Shown: one piece after another, positions 27,293-38,063 of the stretch
How the letters are laid out: each line of letters begins with the position of its first letter
Position numbering within the stretch: the stretch's first letter is position 1
Source: Glycera tridactyla
Lineage: Eukaryota
Assembly (NCBI GenBank): GCA_965644265.1
Contig: OZ286463.1
Location: forward strand, 38,750,001-38,814,000
DNA length: 64,000 bases
Reading direction: 5' to 3'
The notes under the pieces: model-generated
Told to the model about the DNA's origin: nothing
Database searches by the model: none
Seen by the model: only the letters and a program-made list of their open reading frames with translations
Program-made: the position numbers and the translations under genes

Positions 27293-30200
27293 CTGAAACA
27301 CAACACCCATACTCGCATCATACATACGTCAACAACAAACGACTCAGAGACGAGTGCATTTATGAATCATTGACAAGGGTATTCACTACCTGTTTAAACC
27401 AAGCCTCATCAGTTTCATACTTTCTGGGTGCAGTAGTAAGCTATGGGGGGAAGGACGAATACAATAATGCCACCCATCTATCGACTTGGGCAATCTGAGA
27501 TATCTACAGATATGACCAGTCCTCCATTCCAGAGTTGTCTTGATTATACATGATTTGACATGCAGTGTCTGTTACATATCAAATAACATATACAGAACTC
27601 AAATACTAGTAAGTGTTCTTACCTCAATCGAGTGCATACGATGAAGATGACAACCAGCATAATGAAGAAGGAGATGGAGACCATGGCGATGAGTAGAACC
27701 ACTGTAACACGAACAACAGACATGGAGATATATAACATGTACACGTCATTCATCAGGTTGATATTGAATTATTCGTCAACATACTCGGTGAGCGTTTCCC
27801 TTCGTCGACTCTTCATAATATGTCATTTATTTGTTTGTTTGTTTGTTTGTTTGTTTGAGACTGAGATTGAGATATTTCATTCGCGTTCACGAGATGCATC
27901 CGTGCACTAATAATACAGGATATCCAATATACATTTGTTAAAATACATGTCAATGTAATGAAACTATTTCAACTGAAGAAATCAGTGAAACCAGTATCTG
28001 TCGTTTGTTTGTTTGTTTTTTGTTTAGGTTCAACCTCACTGGGTTATATCGGACTAAAAATAGGACAATGCCTCACTCTATGCGAAAAACGGCAATGTTA
28101 TTTTTATGTGCGCACACGAACAGCCTTCAATACAAGTGACCAGCATCCAAAACCCAGTCAGCCTCCATATGGCTCATATTTGACTAAACATTCCTAATTC
28201 ATGCACAAATTCAAATACAGTCTAACCTGTCCTGAGCAGCCACTGTACTAAGCAGCCACCTGTCCTAAGCAGCCACCGTTTGACTTCCCAAAGGGTGGCT
28301 GCTTAGAACAGGTTTGTTTGACTGTATTAGAATATGTGCATGAATTAGGAAAAGCATAACATCGTCGTAGTCAATGACTACGCTCGTAACATCTCGGATT
28401 TTTTCAAGCGTTTTCTTGATAAACAATGCATGAGCACGTATAATTATCCGGGTAATCCAAGACACGGAAGGGTATCTTAGAGTCATGCTCTCTATTTGCA
28501 ACAACCCCTAGATGTCGCGAGTAGCCTGGATTCACGACTACGACACGTCTGCTTGCTTGGACCGCGAGCAGAAGCAAACTTCCCGTCGACATCGATGACA
28601 TGCCGGGGTGTGGGTCATGGGATATCCGCTCAACTACCAGGTTCCTACTGGAAGCGGTTGTTGTTCAACGCGAAATGTACATGGTCGATGTCTATTGAGT
28701 CGACAAGCCAGTGAGGCCAAAAGTGCACGACATGCATTGTGAATCATACAGATGTGGTGTCAGATGGTGGTGGTAGTGGTGGTTGTTGTAATGGTGGGGG
28801 GGGGGGGGCGGTGGGGGATGATGTTGGTGGTGGCGATGGCGATGACGATGATGGTGACCAGTGGTGCTGATGCTTGGGCTGATGCTGGTGCTGATGCTGG
28901 TGCTGGTGCTGGTGCTGGTGCTGGTGCTGGTGCTGGTGCTGGTGCTGGTGCTGGTGCTGATGCTGATGCTTGGGCTGATGCTGGTGCTGATGCTGGTGCT
29001 GATGCTAATGCTGGTGGTGGTGCTGGTGGCGGGGCTGGTGCTGATAGTTTTAGTGCTAGTGATTTTGCTAGTGGTGGTGGTAGAGGGGTGGTGGTGGTGG
29101 CGGTGGTTGTGGTATCAGAGGTGATGGTGGTGGTATTGGTGTTTGTGGCGGCGGCGGCGGCGGCGGCGGCGATGGTGTACTTACATCTCCAGTCCATGCC
29201 TTCTTCGCCTGTGCTCGCCTCTGATGAGACAGTGACATCTGAAGTGACGGTGAGATCCGGTAGTGACGACTGATTGTAGCCACATTTCAGTGTCAACCCA
29301 TCACTGCTATACGCAGCTACAAAATAACAACAAATATACCTGGCGTTTAGACAAATAATAAATATGTTGGTTTCAATATTATTGAGTAATATCGGAGTGA
29401 ACATGTCGTAGAATGTAGACGCCGCTGCTGGGGACAATCACCTACTCTTCGCGAAGGACAGCAACGCTTGTTTTAGATGCACATGGGAAACAATCTAATA
29501 TGACCGTTGAAACTACCAGGAAAAGTTGTCATACTTGGTAATATGTAATACCTGGATTTTCGATAGGAATCTACAATAATGTACCACATTTTCAACATTG
29601 TATTGACACCTGGCTGTGAAACCAGGAGGTTTTACTTTTTACAAAATACATGTATGTGAATGAGTGAGGTACTCTCCTCAAACGGCAGAGCCCTGTATCA
29701 TGACCGTGTGCTATACTCGTCATTCTGCCTCAATCTGTGTCAGGCCATGACAGAGCCGTGTCCAATCTGCCTTTGTCTGCCTTTTTCTGCTTCATCATGT
29801 GTCTGATCCTGCTTCAAACCTTGTGAAAACTATAATGGAACTGCCTCAATCTGTGTCAGGCCATGACAGAGCCGTGTCCAATCTGCCTTTGTCTGCCTTT
29901 TTCTGCTTCATCATGTGTCTGATCCTGCTTCAAACCTTGTGAAAACTATAATGGAACCGCCGCAGATTTATAACAGAAAGATGCAGGCTGCAGCAGGTCT
30001 AACACATGATTCAACACGGTTGGGAGGCAGATAAGTTTTCCGTGTCCAAGATTTCAAGACCTTGTAAAAACTTTGAACCGGAAAAGTTGGCATCCCCGGT
30101 CTGAGGCGGAAAGAGACAGAAAGAGACAGAAAGAGACAGAAAGACGCGGTTGGGAGATGATTTTACCGCCGGTCCCCGGCGGAACGCTGATCGGGCGCCG

Positions 30201-33200
30201 ACCGTGTGTGAAATCGCGTAAGTGTAAAGGCAGCATGTATGATAATTCAAGGCTCCTCCATCCAGACCACTGACAGAAGATAAATTCACAGATACACAAG
30301 ATGTCATTTTGGGTATTTGTGAAAAAGTATACACGTGGTCAAATGGAAGTTTATAGTGAGTATCCATACATGTGCTCCAATTATTGTTTACAGCGGGAAA
30401 TTAAACAAGTGGTAATTGTGTATAAGCTGAACCCAAAATGAAACACCAAAGTGCCTGGTCATGATAGAGGCAGGCGGAAAGTCTACTGGACAGTGTACAG
30501 AGTATCTTTTGAAATACGCAACGTAAAGCGGCAGAGAAAGGTGGTAGTGAGAAAATGCGTGTATGAGTGACTTACTGACTAATCTGAGTACGAAGATGGA
30601 GCCGACGTCCGTGTCCGATGTGACGTATTCCAAGTTGTAAGTGGTGCTTTCCTGAGTACAGTTAAACACGTACTCAACGTCACCGCTGCAGAAATCATAC
30701 GTCGTCTCCGCGTCAGACACCTGAAAGACATACAAGGCATTGTATGTTGATGTTGTTGTTGTTATTGGTAGTGCTGCTGTTGTTGTTAGTGGTGGTGGTG
30801 GTGATGGTGGTGGTGGTGGTGGTGATGGTGGATGGTTGTGGTGGTGGTGATGGTGGTGGTGTATTCTTGTCACATGATATTTGGATACTGTATCATACGT
30901 AGTACCTGTATTGCCTTGTGTGATACGGTAGAAATGAAATTGATTTTAATCGAATTGATCAATATGGCGACTATTACCTGTATCTTCTGGTCACATTCAC
31001 TGTCGTACGTTCCTTTCTTGGTGTAGATAAGCATACTCATGGTGAACTCGGTGTAGGGGCTGACAGTGAAGGAGCAGGAGTAGGCCGTCTCGTAAGTGTA
31101 AACACCGAGTAAATTGTGAGGATGGTTGTTGATGTTGGCTTCTGTTCCTGACCACGCAGCATCAACATTACTCAGACTCATAGCACGCGCTGCTCCATTC
31201 ATGTTGAATACTGAAAGTGAAAGAAGAAAGAGTGGCTGATGCTAAAAGGTCAGGACTGAGGAGTGACTGATATTGTAAGATCAGGACTGACTAAGGAGTG
31301 GCTGATGCTGTGAGGATATGACTGAGGAGTGGCTGATGCTGTATCGTTAGGACCGCGGGGTAACTGATCTTGCAAGGTAAGATCAGGACTGACTAAGGAG
31401 TGGCTGATGCTGTAAGGTCAGGACTGAGTAGTGGCTGATGCTGTAAGGATATGGCCTAGGAGTGGCTGATGCTGTATCGTTAGAACCACGGGGTAACTGA
31501 TCTTGCAAGGTAAGATCAGGACCGACTAAGGAGTGGCTGATGCTGTAAGGTCGGGACTGAGTAGTGGCTGATGCTGTAAGGATATGACTGAGGAGTGGCT
31601 GATGCTGTATCGTTAGGACCGCAGGGTAACTGATCTTGCAAGGTAAGATCAGGACTGACTAAGGAGTGGCTGATGCTGTAAGGTCGGGACTGAGGAGTGT
31701 CTGATGCTGTGAGGTTAGGACTGAGGAGTGTCTGATGCTGTGAGGTTAGGACTGAGGAGTGGCTGATGTTGTAAGGTTAGGACTGAGGAATGGCTGATGC
31801 TTTAAGGTTAGGACTGAGGAATGGCTGATGTTCCAAGGTTAGCACTGAGGAGTGGCTGATGTTGTAAGGTTAGGACCGAGGAATGGCTGATGTTGTAAGG
31901 TTAGGACTGAGGAGTGGAAGATGTTGTAAGGTTAGGACTGAGGAGTGAGTGATGCTGCAAGGTTATGACTGAGGAGTGAGTGATGTTGTAAGGTTAGGAC
32001 CGAGGAGTGTCTGATGCTGTAAGATTTTGACTGAGGAGTGGCTGATGTTGTGAGGTTAGGGCTGAGGAATGGCTGATGCTTTAAGGTTAGGACTGAGGAG
32101 TGGAAGATGTTTTAAGATTGGGACTGAGGAGTGTCTGGTGCTGGAAGGTTATGACTGAGGAGTGCGTGATGTTGTAAGGTTAAGACCGAGGGGAGGCTTA
32201 TGTTGTAGGTTAGGACTGAGGAGTGTCTTGTGCTGTAAGGTTAGGACTGAGTCTTGTGCCCTGTTCAAAAACAGATTGGTTCATCCAACTTTGCTTTGCC
32301 TTATGTACGACCTGGTGGCCTGGTGGCCTGGCGATATGCTATGTATTTGTGTTCACCTTTTCATCATCATGGATGTATCTGACTGATGTCCTCACACCAG
32401 TCATCATCACCCCTAGCTCCCCCCCCCCCCCCCTTCCCCTCCCCCAACTCCAAAGAAAGCACATTCGGGTAATCAGTGAATGGTCTTTCCACACACTCAT
32501 CGATAGTGCTTCCGAACAAGTCCAATATTTGAGAAGACATATTCGAATAAATTAAGAACAGAAGAGAGAATGCTCTTTATATTAATTTGAACTCCATATA
32601 GTGTCTATTATCGAGGTGATTCAAACCGTAGTCAATATCAGTATTTTCATGGATAAAGTCTGCTCTATCTCGGAAAATCTAGCATGTCCATATAATGACA
32701 CGATTGAGAAATTCAACAGAAAGGTGGGGAACTGTTGGGAATTTTAGAGGAATACATTGTGGAATGCTAATAATTCGATATAGATAGACGTGGACTTGAA
32801 TGATACAAAGTTGAATTGAGGGGTTGGTCGGCGGTGGGCTCAAAAGAAAAAAGCTCATGGAGATTGTATAAGATCTTTATCACAATCGTCATAAGGGTGT
32901 TGAATATATTTGACCGAAGGCATGAGCCATGTGCCCCGAAAGTCACAAAGAGGTCAATTGACGAGAGGATATCTTCATCAACCAGGAATTACATCTGGAC
33001 AATGAAACTACGAAGAGCAGCTGAATCGATGGCAACATCAAAACCACCAACAACCTGAGGTTGAAATTAGGTCAATACCTCTTGTCGATATTTTGTTGAC
33101 AAATTAGTCAAAATGGCATCAGCCCAAGGCCAGATTGTGAACAGATGTAGACAATTGTCGATCACCCAATCGTGACTGGGTGTTTGTGTAGGTGGCGGGT

Positions 33201-36200
33201 CACAAAGTGTGGTGCGACCTGTAGTCCGTCACAACGATGAGTAATCAACCTGAGGTCATCGACCTCTTTTCTCAGGTCATTTCTGTGCCATCTATACAAT
33301 GTACCTGCCACCTACGACTATTTGTTAGATTATTCGAATAGCCGATGAATCGTCAACGTTACTTGCATTGTCTAAGCAAATAGGTCATCAAAAGTGTTGT
33401 GGGTGTGTACTGAGGACACGTGAATGCAGTCATTACGCAGTTACCCGAGGGCTAAAACAGTTGTCAAGTCATTAACCAAACTCAGTTTAACTAGCTAAAA
33501 AGAACTTGATCTGTAGCAATTGAAGACTGGCACTGTATACTCGGGTATGGTCCATGTAGTCATGGAAAGCCTGTGTTCAATGATATTTTCAACAGATTTC
33601 CAATATCAGGAACTCAACCCAAAGCGTATTTGGCAAAAGCAGGATCAATTTGGCTTCTTTTGCTACTGGAAATATTGTACTTGCGCCAACGTAGCTTGAC
33701 AACAAATAAACTTCAATTAATATTGTCTGCGATACTCACAGGGTTCACACTGGTAGATGACATCGATGTAGTCGACGTCTCCAGTACACGATGCTGACGT
33801 CTGTGAGACGATGCTGACACTACATGACTGCTGCTGATGACAGGTGTCCTGGACGCTTGTGACGTCACCATTGACGACACAACTAGACGAGTCATCAGCT
33901 GCCGCAGGGCAGGCTGCAGCATTCCGGTAGATGGCACTCTTGATGAGGATCCAGTGGTTGGCCGGGCAGTCGATGGTGAGAGGATCGCTGCTGTCCATAC
34001 AATACACGAGCTCTGATAGAACTGAAAAAAAGACACATGTAAAAACATTTATCATGTATTCAACAATCAGTGATGCCCCTGTAAAGTCATCAGAACTAGC
34101 AATGAAAAGGCAGATTGTCCAGCTGTAGGAGATCCTCGTGGACAGAACCTTGTCTACAGATAGCAATTTCTTGTCATTCCTACCCTGCCTAAACGAATTT
34201 GATGAGGGGCTATGTCCTCGCATCAGCGTTGGCGTTGGCGTTGGCGTCCGCACTATTGCAATGTTTTTCATCAAAGTCTTACATCAAAGTTTCCGTTTCT
34301 GCAACTTTTCATGTCAAACTTCTTCTTTAACTCGTCTACCATAATCAGATCTTGGGCACATGTGCTATAATACATCAGAAATGATATAAAAAGGGCATTT
34401 TCACCAACACACAGCTGAACTCTGAAGTCCATATTGTTTATGTCAAAGTTTATCATTGAAGTCTGTAGCTCAGCAACTATGGCCCCTACCACCCCAAGAT
34501 TTCATACTCCTGAGTACTTGAGGATATGGACTTCACTTCGAAGTTTATTTGGAGTCTGGTAACTCTAGAACCATGGACCCTACCCTCACCAGTAACAGTT
34601 TCCATAAACTCACGCTTCATCATGTTACAAGAGATGTTCACCCTTCACAAGTAGGGTAGTGATTTTGGGGTGAAAATACTCATTTTGGGGAAATTGGACT
34701 TTTTTGTTCACGTCAGGTAACTCTTCAACCATGGCCCTCACCTACACGATGTACACATGCTCCAGTGTGTTCTGCAGGGCATTCAACCATCACTACAGCA
34801 GTATGCAAGCCAGCTGTGTGACTTTTCAGACTTTGGGATAAAACCTCACTTTTTTTAAATGACCGGACTCTGACATTTTCGGTAATTATTGAGCACCCAG
34901 CCACAGAAAACTCAACAGATGCATTTTATTGCATTTCCTGGTGAATATCAGCCATGAATGGTGTCTCCCATCATGCTTGATAGATTTGGGGGACAAACTT
35001 ATTTTTTCGCAGAAGGATTTTTATTATGATCATCATTGCTCCTAGCCACACCAAAATTGACATGGATGAAATTTGCCGCATTCCTCAATAAAAGCCAGCC
35101 AGAGTTTTGGCACAAAATTAGATTTGAAGAAATGTATTTTTCTAAGTATGATGGCTACCCTTAGCCACATCAAACTTGACACAGATGCATTCCATAGGAC
35201 TCCCTATTGAATGCAGGCCATGATTTGGGTCATTTGATAAGCTCAATTGATTCTTGGGACAAAATCGGATCTTTGTGGGTGGATTTTTCTGAAGATGGTG
35301 GCCATTCCTAGCCACACCAGACTTGACGCAGATCTCTTTCATAGCCATACATACCTTCCATGGATGGGGTCTTCTGACAACCCTGATTGATTTGGGGGAC
35401 AAATTGGTGTTTCAGAGATGGATTTTTCAATCAATGATACCTGTCCCGGGCCACACCAGACCTGACACAGATGCCTCTCATGGCATCCCTCATTCATTCT
35501 CAGCCATGTATGGGATCATGCTGATCTTTGGGACATATATACTTTTTCAAAAAGATTTTTTGAGCAGAGGTGCCTTTCCCAAGTCATAGTATTCCCTGAT
35601 GAATGCCACGCAATGAATGGGGACTTCTCACATCCCTGGTTTTTCAGAAGTACATTTTGAAAATGTTGGCTGTCCTAAGCCACACCAAACTTGACTCAGC
35701 TACATTATGATTTCCCCAATGTATGTCAGCGATGGATGGAGTCATCCCACGGGCCTGATTGATCTGGGTCTGCCAAGCAGCCACACCAAACATGTCACAA
35801 ATGCCTTGTGGTCTCTTGACAATGCTCATGGATTTTTGGGACAAAATGCTCTCTTTTCAGAAATGTATGCAGTCTCTCCATGATCCTGCTCAGATTCAGA
35901 AAGTACTTGACGAATGTGTTCATCTATGTGTTGTCAACTTCAATAATTTGTACCAAATCTTATCTGAGATTAATGACCACGCAAGTTGAATTTTTCTGTT
36001 ATCTCCTGACATCTTAGCACCTTTCATATCCAGCTGTCATTCATCAGGAAATGCTATCAAATACATTTGCATCAAGTCCCATGTGACTAGGGGCATGAAG
36101 CATTGCTAGAAATGTATGCATGCTTGTCCAAAAAGAGGTGTCTTTACAAACCCCATAGCTGACTGTCAATCTGTGACAAGTTTGCTGTACTTAGAGATGG

Positions 36201-38025
36201 AGACCTCATACGGTGGCAGTCACTCATTTGTGGCTTCAAAAAAACCTAACCATAACCAAAATCTTAAACAAAACTTACACCATAAGTTGGACCTCAATGT
36301 TAACGCCGACAAAAAGGTAACGCCTATGTCCCACTACTGCTGAGGCAGGCGTGACAAAAATCAACCAGGCTTGTCTGAAGACCCCGTATATGGCTCGCTT
36401 TCATTAGATATCCTTTGGTGAGTACTGAAAACACGCCACAAATGTCAGATTCCAGTGATTTTATCCCGACTTCTCTTATGTGTCGCATGAAAGTTTGTCA
36501 TGGGTGGACTGAAATCACAGACAATAAAGACACATATGGAGTTTAAACCTCCCCACTGTTCATGATTCACGAGGATTCACAGAAATAGCCCTCTGACGGC
36601 CCATCATTTCATGAAAAAAAAACATTTTTCAACCGAAAATTAATGGAATTAATGCTGCCCTGGTGATGGCTGCGTTGACGAATGTGTTCAAGCATTAGAG
36701 GCGTCTTTCTGAGTCTCGGCTCCCTAGCTGCTTAGCAAAGAGACTTTTAACTTGGCCTTAATATGACTCTAATGTGACCTTAGCGCGGGGTAGAATGTGG
36801 ACGCTGACATCGATGCTGGGGCAACCACAACACCCTCCTCGACTCCATTGAGCTGAGATGAAAGCATCTTCAAAATGTCCGGATTTTTCTGTGATTGCAC
36901 ACATTTTATCCAAATTATCACCATGCTACTTTTTCTCCACACTCCACACTTTAATGGAAAGAGCAGACTGGTACGTTACACACGCCACTGGAATTGCCAT
37001 TTCTCATGCGATCATATTGCTGGTAGCTGGACTGGATTTCATACGATGTCAAGAGATCATCGAACCTTCTTTCAGATAATCTACTTGGTTGTGGAATGGA
37101 CTCGGTTCGATCTCATTATACCGATGGAGCATACTGTAGTATTGACTGATTAGCTGGAATGATGTGGACACGACAATTGTCCTCACTATGAAAGGCGACC
37201 ATGCTGGGTCGATATGATGGCGTACTTCATCGCAATCAAATTCTTGGTCAACGTGAATGTTAACAAAATCTTTCGGTGAGTTTCACTTCAATGGGATCCC
37301 AAAATCTGACTGAATAGTCGAAACAGTGATAATCCCACAGTATCAATATTTCTCAACGGATTCCCATGCATGAGGTGAAGGGGGGTGTCGATCTTAGGCA
37401 CTGTTTCGATCAATGAATTAAAATTCAGGGCATATTTGAGGGTATTCATCTTTTGTGTTGAGGGTGTTAGCGGAGAAGATAGGTCCGCATTGATTAGTGA
37501 CATCATGCTGTATACATGACCTCAACATGAGGTTATCACCTCAGAGGCAGTTATAGACACTTCGATATATATACCTTGCTATCGATGGTGATTTTGTGAA
37601 TTATTATAGGATTTATAGTGCGTAATGGTGACTGTGATGCCGGTGTTGGTGGCAGTGGCGATGGCAGTGGCGGTGGCGTGGTTATCATAATCATGTCTTG
37701 TAAGCTTTGCTGCATCCTGTTGTCCTATTGTATTTTCCCCGTGATCGATGTCTCGTGAAAAAGCTGATACCGATAGTGTATCACCAACTCGGATGCTAAT
37801 TTGCATGTAAAATCCAACAAAGCACAATAATTCCTTCAAAAATTATTTTTGGTTGCAATTTCCAAATGTCGGCAGTCAATCCATTGTTGATTACAAAAGC
37901 TGAAATTGTTAGCAACCATTGAATAGAAACTTTCCAAATACGGTAGTCAGAGATTAAATGTGGTGGCCATTGAGTAGCGACAGGTAGCAATGAAGAGTGC
38001 ACACATGCACGCGCGCGCACACACA

Positions 38026-38063
<38 letters not shown>

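Noticed and set aside
28400-28715. Possible DIRS/tyrosine-recombinase element remnant (…HFALNNNRFQ*EPGS*AD…)
   Set aside because: Similarity is too short and interrupted to support without a search.
28752-29437. Long Ala/Gly/Pro-rich ORFs on both strands
   Set aside because: Products of triplet microsatellite; only 29185-29316 has splice signals and joins gene A.
3330-32250. CRISPR-like appearance of the 30-bp and 31-bp repeats
   Set aside because: Units are head-to-tail with no unique spacers, there are no cas genes, and the context is eukaryotic introns.
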